Shown: positions 1 to 10,518, counted from the first letter of the stretch. The stretch: DNA of 64,000 nucleotides from Candidatus Cloacimonadales bacterium (GCA_965140615.1 OZ223280.1:72450-136449), one strand, 5' to 3'. Translations and numbers: made by a program. Notes: generated by a model not told the origin, from the sequence alone.

Positions 1-76
1 AGTAAGTAATAAGCTTTGGTTAAAATATAGCTAAGCGTGCTTTTGTTAAGGTTAAACTTTTTCAACTTATCCATTT

Positions 77-1114
77 TCATTTCCTGCTATTAAAATCAAA
101 AATTATCTCTTGGCAAATAGTTTTGCTCGGCTCTAGGTTACTTTTAATTTCACCAGCTTTTTGAGCAAACTTTTTATAATTATGCAAAATTTGGGAAACA
201 GCTTTTTGCAAGTTTTCGTTGGAGCAATCTTTCTCTTTTAGCACAATTCCAGCTCCAGATCTAGCGTAAGCTAAGGCGTTTTGATACTGATGATCGCCTG
301 CAGAGATGCTTAGTGGCACCAAAATTGCGGGTAAACCTCGTGCCTGCAACTCTGCCAAAGTCAAAGCCCCAGACCTGCAGATAACCAATCCTGCTCTGTT
401 ATAAACTTCTGGCATCTTGCCAGAAAAACCAAAAACATTCACTTTATCGCTAGCTAGTTTTTGATAGGTTGTCAGATTACTTTCTCCTACTTGCCAATCT
501 ATGCTTTTGTCTGCTTTCAAAAGAGCTGGCAATATTTTTAAAAACACCTCATTTAAAAATTGTGAGCCCTGAGAACCCCCCACCAGCAAGATGTTCGCAC
601 CTTTTTTTACATCACTGTTTTGGACAGGATTTCCCACGAAAGAGCTATTAGCAAAAAAACTACTGGCTTGCTTGTTGCCTAAAAAAACCTTTGTTGCGAA
701 TTTACCTAAACTTCTGGTAACTAATCCGGGAAAAGAGTTTTGCTCATGAAAGTAGATGTTGATTTTTCTTCGTAGCATTTTTTGATAAAAAAAAGCTGCC
801 AAGGCAGGTGCTCCACAAACAAAACCGCCACTACCGAAAAAAACATCTGGCTTAAACTTAACAAAAAACACAACACTTTTTAGAAAGCTGTATCCCAATT
901 TGATAGGGAAAAACAAATGTTTAAAAGTGAATTTACGATAAATCTTTTGAACATTTATCGCAATAAAAGGGAAATCTTTGTTCAGCCTCTGCTCCATAGA
1001 GTTCTTATTACCCATAAAAGCGACCTTACAACCTTTCTCCTGCAACGCTTTACCCACCACCAAAGCTGGAATAATATGCCCTGCTGTGCCACCACCTGCA
1101 ATTATCACTTTCAT
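77..1114 (-). CDS. murG: UDP-N-acetylglucosamine--N-acetylmuramyl-(pentapeptide) pyrophosphoryl-undecaprenol N-acetylglucosamine transferase MurG
   Basis: N-terminus MKVIIAGGGTAGHIIPAL is typical of MurG G-loop 1; 345 aa; last gene of the dcw cluster. Confidence 0.9.
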   Translation of the reverse strand: MKVIIAGGGTAGHIIPALVVGKALQEKGCKVAFMGNKNSMEQRLNKDFPFIAINVQKIYRKFTFKHLFFPIKLGYSFLKSVVFFVKFKPDVFFGSGGFVCGAPALAAFFYQKMLRRKINIYFHEQNSFPGLVTRSLGKFATKVFLGNKQASSFFANSSFVGNPVQNSDVKKGANILLVGGSQGSQFLNEVFLKILPALLKADKSIDWQVGESNLTTYQKLASDKVNVFGFSGKMPEVYNRAGLVICRSGALTLAELQARGLPAILVPLSISAGDHQYQNALAYARSGAGIVLKEKDCSNENLQKAVSQILHNYKKFAQKAGEIKSNLEPSKTICQEIIFDFNSRK

Positions 1115-1118
1115 TAGC

Positions 1119-2231
1119 TCACTCTTCTCTTTTGGTCAGATTTAGAAGTAACCCAATAGAAAAGGAATTAATCAGCATAGATGTGCCTCCGTAGCTAATG
1201 AAGGGCAAGGTAATCCCCGTAGCCGGAAGCATGGAGGTAGTAACGCCAATGTGGACAATTGCGTTGTAAAAAATGTTGTGAACAAGCCCCACAGCCAGCA
1301 ACTTTTTGTAAAGGTTCTCTTGCGAGCCTACCAACTTTAAAGTCCGAAAGTAAATAAAGGCGTAAAGCATCAGCACAAAAAATCCGCCCATAAAGCCAAA
1401 CTCTTCGGCTATTATAGAGAAAATATAGTCTGTGTCCGCCTCGGGCAAATTAGCGTCTTTAGCTCTACCCTCACTTCCCCAAAATCCTCCTGAAGCCAAC
1501 GCCATAAGGCTTTGCTTGGTAGAGTAATCTTCCCCTTTGGAAAAGATCATAGTCGAGTCTTTGTTGGTCAAAAGATTGTATTTTTGATAAACGCCGATTC
1601 GTTGCATTCTAAATTTAGCACCAACACCAATAACGCAACCGATCAAGACCAGCAAGGTGAGCAAAATCGTAAGAATTATTCTCCTTTTTAGTCCCGCTGC
1701 TATCAACATCATCAACAAGGAAAACCCTAAAACTATCAAGATGCTCAAGTGTCTCCCAGCTAATATCAAGGAAAAAAACAAAATAGAGACCAAAATTATT
1801 TGGTTGTATTGAGAAAAGAACTCTTTCAGATTGCTAATGTCTGACGCTTTTTTTTTATCTAAAATGTAGGCGAAGTAGAAAATCAAAACTATCCGTGCCA
1901 ACAAGCTGGGCTGAAAGGATATAAAGCTAAAGTGTAAAAGACGCCTAGCTCCGCGGATGTGATCTCCTTTTATCAAAACCAAAATCAAGAGCAAAGCAAC
2001 CAAAATTATCATCGGAAATATATATTTTTTCAAGTTTTCTAAATCGAACTCGAAAGCTATCCAGATAGCCAAAAAGGAGAACAAAACCCAAACCATCTGT
2101 TTGACAAATTTGAACATATGCCCGTAGGATGCAATATCCATCACGAAATAAAGTCCTATCAAAAGAAGACAAAAATATGAACCTAGCAATATTTTATCAG
2201 ATTTCTTAAAAAATTTAAACATAAATTTCAC
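1119..2231 (-). CDS. ftsW: SEDS-family peptidoglycan glycosyltransferase FtsW
   Basis: Polytopic membrane protein with SEDS C-terminal motifs (GGTSML, PFISYGG); lies between murD and murG. Confidence 0.85.
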   Translation of the reverse strand: MKFMFKFFKKSDKILLGSYFCLLLIGLYFVMDIASYGHMFKFVKQMVWVLFSFLAIWIAFEFDLENLKKYIFPMIILVALLLILVLIKGDHIRGARRLLHFSFISFQPSLLARIVLIFYFAYILDKKKASDISNLKEFFSQYNQIILVSILFFSLILAGRHLSILIVLGFSLLMMLIAAGLKRRIILTILLTLLVLIGCVIGVGAKFRMQRIGVYQKYNLLTNKDSTMIFSKGEDYSTKQSLMALASGGFWGSEGRAKDANLPEADTDYIFSIIAEEFGFMGGFFVLMLYAFIYFRTLKLVGSQENLYKKLLAVGLVHNIFYNAIVHIGVTTSMLPATGITLPFISYGGTSMLINSFSIGLLLNLTKREE

Positions 2232-3508
2232 CCTAACTTTTTGACAAGAGTCCTAAAAAAATCTCCCCGCTGTTCAAAATTGGAAAAGCTGTCGTAACTA
2301 GCACAAGCTGGAGACAAAAGCACCACATCGCCACTGGTAGCTATTTTTTTAGATTTCCGCAAACAACTTTCCAAATCGGGCAGATACTGACAATCTACCT
2401 TGCTTCCGAAAATATTCAACATCTTTTCCCCTGTTTCCCCAGTCAAAAGCACTTTTTTGGTCTTTTTTTGCAGTTTGGGCAATAAACGAGAAAAATCTTC
2501 GCCTTTATCCGAACCGCCCAAAATAAGAATAACTTTTTGCGGGAAAGAGTCTAAGGCACACAAAGTAGAATCGACAGTAGTTGCCTTAGAGTCGTTGACA
2601 AAAATCACGCCATTTTTCTTTGCACACACCTCTAAACGATGCCTAAGCGGTTGAAAAGTTCTTATCGCTTTTTGAATAAGAGGGGCTTCCACTATTCCCA
2701 AAGTCGCTAATACGGCGAAAGCTATATTTTGTAAGTTATGTTCCCCTAGTAAATTAGGGTTGTTGTTCACAAAAACAAAATCTTGCACAACTATTTTATC
2801 ATCTTGCAAAAAATCTTCTATAAACTTTGGCGACGCTTTTGTTTTTAAGTTTTGTAACTTCTTGGTAGTTATAGCTTTATCTTGTTTATTTTGATGTCTG
2901 AAAATATTTTTCTTAACTTGCTCATACTCCCCAAAATCTGCATACCTATCCAGATGATCTGGTGTAATGTTGAGCAAAAGCGATATATCAGCCTTGAAGG
3001 TATTAAGAAGCTCCAACTGAAAACTGGAAAGCTCTAAAACCAAATAGTCAAAGTTTTCTTGGACTAAGTCGTAAGCTGTAATCGGAAATCCAATGTTGCC
3101 TGCCAAGCCAGAGTGCAAACCTCCTACATCCAATATGTGCTTTATAAGACTAACTACCGTGCTTTTCCCATTTGTTCCAGTTACAGCTATCACTTTGGTT
3201 TTAGCGGGCTTCAGCAAATATCCTAGCTCTACCTCAGACAAAACCTTTATGCCTTTTTCTTTCGCCTTTTGGATGATAGGAATGCTAAGAGGGATGCCAG
3301 GACTAACCACCAGAATATCACACTGCAAAACCTTTTGGCTATGCCCTCCTACCTCGAAGTTTGCACCGATGGCTTGCAAAGCAGATGCAGAATTTTCTCC
3401 TTTGTCAGAAACAAAAACTTCTGCTCCTAGCTTTAAAAGCCTAGCAGTTGCAGCTTGTGCAGACTTACCTGCACCCAAAACGACAAATTTTTTCTTTAAA
3501 TCTAACAT
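2228..3508 (-). CDS. murD: UDP-N-acetylmuramoylalanine--D-glutamate ligase MurD
   Basis: Mur ligase P-loop VTGTNGKST; 426 aa; conserved dcw position; 4-nt overlap with ftsW. Confidence 0.9.
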   Translation of the reverse strand: MLDLKKKFVVLGAGKSAQAATARLLKLGAEVFVSDKGENSASALQAIGANFEVGGHSQKVLQCDILVVSPGIPLSIPIIQKAKEKGIKVLSEVELGYLLKPAKTKVIAVTGTNGKSTVVSLIKHILDVGGLHSGLAGNIGFPITAYDLVQENFDYLVLELSSFQLELLNTFKADISLLLNITPDHLDRYADFGEYEQVKKNIFRHQNKQDKAITTKKLQNLKTKASPKFIEDFLQDDKIVVQDFVFVNNNPNLLGEHNLQNIAFAVLATLGIVEAPLIQKAIRTFQPLRHRLEVCAKKNGVIFVNDSKATTVDSTLCALDSFPQKVILILGGSDKGEDFSRLLPKLQKKTKKVLLTGETGEKMLNIFGSKVDCQYLPDLESCLRKSKKIATSGDVVLLSPACASYDSFSNFEQRGDFFRTLVKKLG

Positions 3509-3509
3509 A

Positions 3510-4610
3510 TTAACGAAGTTTAATCGTTATAAGAGCCAAAGCCGCAGAGATAGAAGCTATAATCCAAAATCTTACCACTATCTTCTCTTCAGATAGCCCT
3601 TTCTTTTCAAAATGGTGGTGCAATGGAGCACACAAAAACAGTCTTTTACCTTTGCCAAATTTCTTTTTGGTATACTTAAAGTATGAGGTCTGAAAGAAAG
3701 AAGAAAGTGTCTCAGTTATAAACACAAACGAGACCAGTCCCAAGAAAAGCTCCTCACGAATAATAATGGAAGTAACAGCGATAAGCCCTCCTAAGCACAG
3801 TGAGCCAGTATCACCCATAAAAATCTGAGCAGGCTTGATGTTATACCACAAAAATCCCAGAGTCGTACCTATCATCGCAAAGATAAAGATACAAATCTCC
3901 GAGCTTTCTTTGATAAACTCAAGATGGAAGTGATTACACAAGAAAATATTGCCTTTCATATAGGCCAAAATCCCCAAAGGGACAAGGCAGATGCACACCA
4001 GCCCACTGGCTAAGCCATCTAGCCCGTCGCTAATATTTACAGCGTTGGACGAGCCGACTATCAAAAACATAACAAAAGGGATAAATAGATAACCCACAGT
4101 CCAGTAGCTGTTTTTGAAAAAAGGCACCGATATCCTGCTCATCAGTTGTAAATCTGGTTGTAATATATACAAAAAACAAAACACTAATAACGCTAAAGAT
4201 ACTTGCCCTAGCAATTTGTGCTTTGCCACTAAACCTTCTCCATAACCTTTGATGTTTTTAAGGTAGTCATCCAAAAACCCTAAAATCCCTAGCCAAATTG
4301 TAACAAAATAAAGAATTAAGATGTAAACCTCTGTGAATTTGTTCCAAAGCAAAGACGAGAGCAAAAGACCTGCGATAATGATGACTCCGCCCATGGATGG
4401 CGTGCCTTTTTTGGCACTGTGCTGCGGGATGTGGCAACTAATGCTTTCCACAACTTTAATTTTTTTGAAAAATCTTATCGCCCACGGACCTACTATAAAT
4501 GAGAACAAAAAAGCAGTAACAAAAGCCATTGCCGACCTAAAAGTTACATAGCGGAAAACATTGAAAAAGATGCTCTCTTTTCCATAAAGTTCGTATAAGA
4601 AATAAAACAT
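3510..4610 (-). CDS. mraY: phospho-N-acetylmuramoyl-pentapeptide transferase MraY
   Basis: 366-aa polytopic membrane protein carrying MraY conserved D-rich motifs; dcw synteny. Confidence 0.9.
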   Translation of the reverse strand: MFYFLYELYGKESIFFNVFRYVTFRSAMAFVTAFLFSFIVGPWAIRFFKKIKVVESISCHIPQHSAKKGTPSMGGVIIIAGLLLSSLLWNKFTEVYILILYFVTIWLGILGFLDDYLKNIKGYGEGLVAKHKLLGQVSLALLVFCFLYILQPDLQLMSRISVPFFKNSYWTVGYLFIPFVMFLIVGSSNAVNISDGLDGLASGLVCICLVPLGILAYMKGNIFLCNHFHLEFIKESSEICIFIFAMIGTTLGFLWYNIKPAQIFMGDTGSLCLGGLIAVTSIIIREELFLGLVSFVFITETLSSFFQTSYFKYTKKKFGKGKRLFLCAPLHHHFEKKGLSEEKIVVRFWIIASISAALALITIKLR

Positions 4611-7244
4611 TTACCCTTCCAAATTTTTTATAAAAATATTTTTCAAAACAGATAGCCCAACGCCGTTGGAGCCTTTTATCAAAACAACATCTCCGCTTTT
4701 CAGCTTGGGTAAGTTTTGCACTAGCTCTTCTACATTTTTGTAAAAATATGGCGAGTGGTAGTGCCGAGCCAAAGCCCCAACAGCGTAGATGGTACTGTCA
4801 GCCACAAGTTTCCCTATCTCTTGGTGGTTCTGCACCGCAGACTCCCCAAGCTCCAGCATCTCCCCCAAGATAGCCAGATGTCTTTGTCCTTTTTGGTAAT
4901 TCTCCCAAAATTCAAGGGCAGCTCTCATAGAGCTAGGATTAGCGTTATAGCAATCAAAGATAAAACTAACACCAGCTATGCTTTTACACTCCAAACGGTT
5001 TTCCATCTCTAGGGGCAAAAGCAATCCCGATTGAATAGTTTGCTTGCTAAGACCCAACAAAAGTGCCGTCTTGATAGCCAAAGCAGCCAGCTGAGCACGA
5101 AACTTGGGTTGTCTGCCAAGATTGAAAGCGTGCCCCTGCACACTCACCCAGAGCTGTTCTTGCTCCACTTGATAGGTGTAAGGCAGGCTCTGAACAAAAA
5201 ACTGGTCGTCTGTAGTCAACTTTGTCCTACTGAAGTCAAAAAGTGCCTTCTTCTCTTCATAAACGCCTTGTCTATCTCCAAAAGCTGCCAAGTGGCTCTC
5301 ACCTATGTTAGTGATGATCCCGATGTCTGGATTAACCGTCTGTGCAAGCGTTCGTATCTCTCCCGGGTGGTCTGTACCCATCTCTATCAATAAATATTTG
5401 TGATACGGCTTTAGTGCAAAAATGGTTTTCGGCACTCCGATTTGATTGTTTTCATTTTTGTTTGTCTTTAGGGTTAATCCATTTTGCCCAAGCAGGTTGT
5501 AAAGCATTTCTTTAGTGGTTGTTTTCCCTAGACTCCCTGTTATGCCAATCTTGCTCACTTCAAACTGCCCTAGGTAAGCTTTTGCCAGTAGTTGATATGC
5601 TCTTACGGTGCTCTCCACCACTAGTAGCTTCTCGTTTTTTTGCGGGCAATCTTTACCAACCACAGCACAGCATCCGTCCACTTTTAGTATCTCATCCAAA
5701 AATTGATAAGAGTCGTATTTTTTGCCGGGCAAAGCTATAAATAGAGAGTTAGGCTTGATGCTCCTAGAGTCTGTTGATATATGATTAAACACAAAATCTG
5801 AAGCAAAGTCTTGTGAAAACTTTGCCTTTAGGACAAACTCCACCCACAAAGGGTCGAGCATCTTCTCAAAAACAGGCTTGCGGTCTTCTTGCAAATATTC
5901 CAAATCTGAGAACGGTAACCGCTCAAATCCCCTATCTAAGACGGTTTCAGCACCTCTGCCCAGCACCAAAAGCAAATCATCTTTTCCTGCTATGGATAAG
6001 CCATAATCTATCGCCTTCTTTCTCGATTTTATTATTATCACCTTATCTTGAAAGGAGTTGCCCACCATTTGAGCGATAATGTCGGCAGTTTTTTCGTTGC
6101 GGGAGTTATCTTCGCAAAAGATTACCAAATCTGAGCTCTCTATAGCTATTTTGCCCATAATCGCCCGCTTTTGTTTGTCTCTGTTGCCTCCACATCCCAA
6201 AAGGGCGATAACTCTTCGCTTGCTTTGTTTATTTGCAAACTCTAAAACTTTTTGCAAAGAGTCGGGGCTGTGAGCATAATCGACCAAAACATTGTCCGCC
6301 AGCAGATGATATCTGCCAGACAAAGCCTTTGCTCCTTGCAGACCTTTTGGGAAAATCTGTCCTACCAGCAAATCGACCAAACTCAAAATAAAAGCGGAAT
6401 TAAACAGATTAACATCACCCAAAAGCGATGAGACACACAAATCGCCATTGAGCAAAAAGTTACAACCATTAAGTGTTACTTCTTGTCGCTCATAATAGTA
6501 ATCAGCAGTTTTGTTTAAGCCCGAGATTTTTTTTACCTGTGGCAAATCGATGCTTTCACCATAACTGTCGTCGCTATTTACCAGAGCGGTGGCTCCAGCT
6601 CTCACAGCTTTTTTCACAAATCCCAGCTTAACTTTCGCATACTCTTGCATACTTTTGTGAAAGTCTAAGTGATCTTGCGAAAGATTGGTAAAACATACAA
6701 AATTGAACTCAAGCTGATCTACTCTATGCAGAGCAATAGCGTGCGACGATACCTCCATCAGCACATACTCAACACCTTCTTGTACCATTTGTGCCAAAAT
6801 GGAGCGAAGCTCGATAACATCGGGTGTTGTCCGCTGGCTCTTGTACTCTTGGTCGCCTATCAGGTACTTTCCCGTTCCGATAGCTCCCGCTTTATAGCCG
6901 AGGCTACTCAGGAGTTTGTGGGTCAAAAAACAAACACTAGACTTACCATTTGTGCCTGTGATGCCCACCAACTGTAGCTTAGACGAAGGATTGTCGTAAA
7001 ATTTGTCTGCCAGATAAACCGCTGCTACTCTTGCATCTTTGCACAAGACCACTGGCACATCCAGTTCAAGCAGTTTAGTGGCGACTACTAGCTTTGCCCC
7101 TCTCTTCACAGCTTCTTTGGCAAAATCGTGTCCGTCTTGGTCAAAACCTTTTACACAGACGAAAATAAAGCCAGATGCAACCAATCTAGAGTCGGTGGCT
7201 ACCCCGCTGTACTTGTCAACCTCAATTCTCGTTATGCCCATCAT
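4611..7244 (-). CDS. murE-murF: fused MurE (meso-DAP ligase) / MurF (D-Ala-D-Ala adding enzyme) bifunctional Mur ligase
   Basis: 877 aa. The N-terminal half has the MurE signature (DSRLVASGFIFVCVKG, GITGTNGKSS). The C-terminal half has the MurF signature (TDSRSI, GITGSLGKTTTKEM). It is one continuous ORF with no internal stop. Confidence 0.85.
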   Translation of the reverse strand: MMGITRIEVDKYSGVATDSRLVASGFIFVCVKGFDQDGHDFAKEAVKRGAKLVVATKLLELDVPVVLCKDARVAAVYLADKFYDNPSSKLQLVGITGTNGKSSVCFLTHKLLSSLGYKAGAIGTGKYLIGDQEYKSQRTTPDVIELRSILAQMVQEGVEYVLMEVSSHAIALHRVDQLEFNFVCFTNLSQDHLDFHKSMQEYAKVKLGFVKKAVRAGATALVNSDDSYGESIDLPQVKKISGLNKTADYYYERQEVTLNGCNFLLNGDLCVSSLLGDVNLFNSAFILSLVDLLVGQIFPKGLQGAKALSGRYHLLADNVLVDYAHSPDSLQKVLEFANKQSKRRVIALLGCGGNRDKQKRAIMGKIAIESSDLVIFCEDNSRNEKTADIIAQMVGNSFQDKVIIIKSRKKAIDYGLSIAGKDDLLLVLGRGAETVLDRGFERLPFSDLEYLQEDRKPVFEKMLDPLWVEFVLKAKFSQDFASDFVFNHISTDSRSIKPNSLFIALPGKKYDSYQFLDEILKVDGCCAVVGKDCPQKNEKLLVVESTVRAYQLLAKAYLGQFEVSKIGITGSLGKTTTKEMLYNLLGQNGLTLKTNKNENNQIGVPKTIFALKPYHKYLLIEMGTDHPGEIRTLAQTVNPDIGIITNIGESHLAAFGDRQGVYEEKKALFDFSRTKLTTDDQFFVQSLPYTYQVEQEQLWVSVQGHAFNLGRQPKFRAQLAALAIKTALLLGLSKQTIQSGLLLPLEMENRLECKSIAGVSFIFDCYNANPSSMRAALEFWENYQKGQRHLAILGEMLELGESAVQNHQEIGKLVADSTIYAVGALARHYHSPYFYKNVEELVQNLPKLKSGDVVLIKGSNGVGLSVLKNIFIKNLEG

Positions 7245-9322
7245 TCAGCCCTCAATTCAACCTCAAAACCGTAGTCGTATTGAGATTTTACCACTCCCGA
7301 TCCTTCAACCTCGATGTTAATATTTTTCGCTTGTGCCAGATCAAAAGCTTCTCTCAGGGTAAGTCCCACGAAGTTAATCTCGTCGTCTTGTTCTTGCTTT
7401 ACTTTGTTGCCCATGATAACTGTGGCAGGGATGCCTTTGGCAAACTTTAGGTAAGGCTTGGGAAACTGATCAACAACGATGGTGTCCGCCTCTTTATCTT
7501 GCACAAACTTGCCAAAAACCCCAGCTTCGTTTAAAACAAACTCAGCTTTTGTCTGACTCAGCCCTGTGATGTTGGGCATTAACAAAAATGGTTCTTGCCT
7601 TATTACATCGATTTTGGGGTCTATTATCATCTTGGTTACCACTTCCCGAAATGTCGGCACAGCCGATTTGGACGCATAATGGTAAATACCCTTAGCATCT
7701 TCAAACACTATTAAAATGAGATATTTAGGATTGTCTATAGGAAAGAAACCGCAAAAAGATGAAGAGTGCACCAGATTGTCTTCACTGCTTCTGGCTAGCT
7801 CCTCGGCAGTCCCTGTTTTGCCAGCGATATGCATATTTTTTATTTTTGTCTTCACCGCTGTGCCGTCTTCCACCACCTTGCTCATCATCTGCTTAAGAAG
7901 CTCAATGTTCTTTTTGGATGAGATTTTTGCCAAAATTTTCTTTCTTTTGGTTTGTACCTTGCCGTCTGGGTACTCTATCCTCTTGACGATATAAGGTCGC
8001 AAGAGGTAACCGCCGTTGGCAATGCTAGCGTAAGCACTGGCTAGCTGGATAGGCGTCAGGGCTATCTCGTGCCCGATAGACAAAGATGTTAAGGTGTAAC
8101 TACTCCACTGCGATGGCGGACGCAAAATGCCTTGCTCCTCGCCGTACATATCTGTCAGCAAATACGAGGCAAACCCCAGCTTTTTCAACCTATTGTACAA
8201 AGAGTTGCCACCTACCTTCTCGGCTACCTTCATCACACCCACATTAGATGAGTATTGCAATATCTGCTCAAAAGTCAAGGTGTCGCCCTTTCTACTCGTC
8301 CAGTGGTCTTTGATGAGCCTACTCTCGCCTTTTACTTGATATGGCGAGCAATCTATCTTGGTCTCTTGACTACAAAGCCCCATATCCAAAGCCAGTTGCA
8401 AAATAAACGGCTTAATGGTTGAGCCGGGAGCAAAAAGATAAGAGATAGCGTAGTTAGAGTACGGCAAACTAATTTTGCCTTTTCTATTGTTATAGCCACA
8501 GCTAGCCAATATCTCGCCCGTGTTGGGGTTCATCACCAAGCCCATAGCAGATTTAGCTTCATACTTTTTTACTTTTTGCCTAAGGGTTGAACTCAAAATT
8601 TCTTGAATGTCGCTATCTATGGTAAGGTAGAGGTCAGCACCATCGACAGGTTTTTTTTCGTAACGGTCTTGTACAAAAGGAGTTCCATTTGCATAAAATT
8701 TTTGCCAGCCGTCAATACCATGCAAACTTTCCTCAAAAAATTTCTCCATCCCGCTAACACCGATCAGATTTTCGCGAAACTCTCTGCTGTCTACCACCTC
8801 TTTGCTAACGCTTTTGGTTTGCCCAACTATAGGCTCTAAATCCAAATCTATCAAAGAGATCCGTTTAGTTCCGTTGTAGCTCACGATTGGCAAAGGCAAC
8901 TTGGCAGTTCTAAAGCCTTCACAAATTTTTTTCACGGTAACTGCCGACACCATATTTTTGACATAGACTGAGCCTAGCTTCTTTGATTTTTTGAGGATTG
9001 AATAAGCATCTACGCCCAGATTGTAATCCAAAACATCGGCAACTGTCACATAAATATCGGACAAGTCAGTCCCTGTTTCCCGAGAGTGAATACTTAGCAG
9101 ATTTTTATCTATATCTATTTGATAAAAATTGTCAGAACTGACCAAGAGTTTACCTGAACAGTCATAAAAATCGCCTCTTTTGGCGATTAGAAGTTTTTTG
9201 TGGGGAATGTTTCTCAGTTGCCAAACTTTTGCCAAGTCATACGGGTCAACCACCTGCACCACAAAAAGATAGAGCAAAGTAAAGATTAAGAGGACGAAAT
9301 TGATAACTTTTATAAACTTCAT
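7241..9322 (-). CDS. ftsI: penicillin-binding protein FtsI (class B transpeptidase) with C-terminal PASTA domains
   Basis: N-terminal TM anchor; SxxK (STIKP), SSN and KTGT motifs; about 120 C-terminal residues form two PASTA-like repeats; dcw position. Confidence 0.85.
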   Translation of the reverse strand: MKFIKVINFVLLIFTLLYLFVVQVVDPYDLAKVWQLRNIPHKKLLIAKRGDFYDCSGKLLVSSDNFYQIDIDKNLLSIHSRETGTDLSDIYVTVADVLDYNLGVDAYSILKKSKKLGSVYVKNMVSAVTVKKICEGFRTAKLPLPIVSYNGTKRISLIDLDLEPIVGQTKSVSKEVVDSREFRENLIGVSGMEKFFEESLHGIDGWQKFYANGTPFVQDRYEKKPVDGADLYLTIDSDIQEILSSTLRQKVKKYEAKSAMGLVMNPNTGEILASCGYNNRKGKISLPYSNYAISYLFAPGSTIKPFILQLALDMGLCSQETKIDCSPYQVKGESRLIKDHWTSRKGDTLTFEQILQYSSNVGVMKVAEKVGGNSLYNRLKKLGFASYLLTDMYGEEQGILRPPSQWSSYTLTSLSIGHEIALTPIQLASAYASIANGGYLLRPYIVKRIEYPDGKVQTKRKKILAKISSKKNIELLKQMMSKVVEDGTAVKTKIKNMHIAGKTGTAEELARSSEDNLVHSSSFCGFFPIDNPKYLILIVFEDAKGIYHYASKSAVPTFREVVTKMIIDPKIDVIRQEPFLLMPNITGLSQTKAEFVLNEAGVFGKFVQDKEADTIVVDQFPKPYLKFAKGIPATVIMGNKVKQEQDDEINFVGLTLREAFDLAQAKNINIEVEGSGVVKSQYDYGFEVELRAE

Positions 9323-9618
9323 ATTTTGTCGGTAAACACGAAAATCAGATTAACTTCTCCTTTATCTACTTTGGCGTAATAGATTTGATTGGGCAAAACC
9401 ATATTTAAATCTTTACCTGACAAAAATTTCCGTTTGTAACTTTGTGTCAATCGATTAACCTCGCTTTTTATCTGTCTGTTTTCGGCTATCAAAAGTGAGT
9501 TCGAATGCTCCAAATAATTTATTCTTTTGGTGTTTTCGCGAAGCTCTTTTTTGTTCAATCTTTCAGTTACAGAACCCACTATCAGCAAAAACACTAGAAA
9601 AACAGCCATTTTCCTCAT
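9319..9618 (-). CDS. ftsL: cell division protein FtsL-like (small bitopic coiled-coil protein)
   Basis: 99 aa; N-terminal TM helix then a coiled-coil; sits between rsmH and ftsI as in canonical dcw clusters. Confidence 0.6.
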   Translation of the reverse strand: MRKMAVFLVFLLIVGSVTERLNKKELRENTKRINYLEHSNSLLIAENRQIKSEVNRLTQSYKRKFLSGKDLNMVLPNQIYYAKVDKGEVNLIFVFTDKI

Positions 9619-9621
9619 CTT

Positions 9622-10518
9622 CTACCTCCTTTCAGCCACGCGAAGTTTTGCACTTCTAGACCTTTTATTACTATCTATCTCTTCTTGCGAAGGGCAAATT
9701 GGCTTTTTTGTGATTATCTTCAATTTCGGGCTAAATCCACAAATGCACTCTGGTAATCCTTGTGGACACTGGCAATTTTGCGAAAACTCTTTAAACGCCT
9801 TTTTTACTATTCTGTCTTCTTTGCTGTGATAAGATATTACCACCAGTCGACCGCCAGGCTTCAATGCTCCTATCGCTTTAGGGATTACCTGCGATATTTG
9901 CTCAAGCTCACGGTTTACATAAATTCTGATAGCTTGAAAAACCCTCGATAAAGATTTTTTGTTGTGCAATCCAATAATTTTTGCCAAATCAAGAGTGGTG
10001 TGCAAAGGTCTTGCCTTTTCAATAAGTTTAGCGTAATATCCCGCTTTTTTCTCATCACCAAACTCGTAAAAAATTCTTTTGAGATCTTCAACACTAAAGC
10101 TATTCACCACTTGTTTAGCGGTAACTTCTAAAGAGGTATCCATCCGCATATCCAGATCTCCCTCGTAAGTGTAACTAAAGCCTCGCTCAGCAGACAAAAC
10201 CTGCACAGTAGAAACGCCCAAATCTAGCAAAATCCCATCTACTTTTGCCACTTTTTGCAGAGCCAAAACCGACCTAAAAGATGCAAAGTCCGATTTCAGC
10301 AGGGCAAACCTGCCTGCAAAATCTTTTAACACCTTACTGCTAAAATCTATCGCCCGCTGGTCGCGATCCACACCATACACGAAGCAGGTGCTATCTGTCT
10401 GCAAAATCTTCTTGGTGTGTCCAGCCTCACCCAGAGTCAAGTCCACATACACGCCTTTGGGCTTAATGTTTAGATGCTGAACGCTCTCATCCAAAAGAAC
10501 CGAAATATGCTTGTCCAT
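9622..10518 (-). CDS. rsmH: 16S rRNA (cytosine1402-N4)-methyltransferase RsmH/MraW
   Basis: 298 aa; SAM-dependent MTase motifs (DLTLGEAGH) conserved in MraW; position after mraZ. Confidence 0.9.
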   Translation of the reverse strand: MDKHISVLLDESVQHLNIKPKGVYVDLTLGEAGHTKKILQTDSTCFVYGVDRDQRAIDFSSKVLKDFAGRFALLKSDFASFRSVLALQKVAKVDGILLDLGVSTVQVLSAERGFSYTYEGDLDMRMDTSLEVTAKQVVNSFSVEDLKRIFYEFGDEKKAGYYAKLIEKARPLHTTLDLAKIIGLHNKKSLSRVFQAIRIYVNRELEQISQVIPKAIGALKPGGRLVVISYHSKEDRIVKKAFKEFSQNCQCPQGLPECICGFSPKLKIITKKPICPSQEEIDSNKRSRSAKLRVAERR

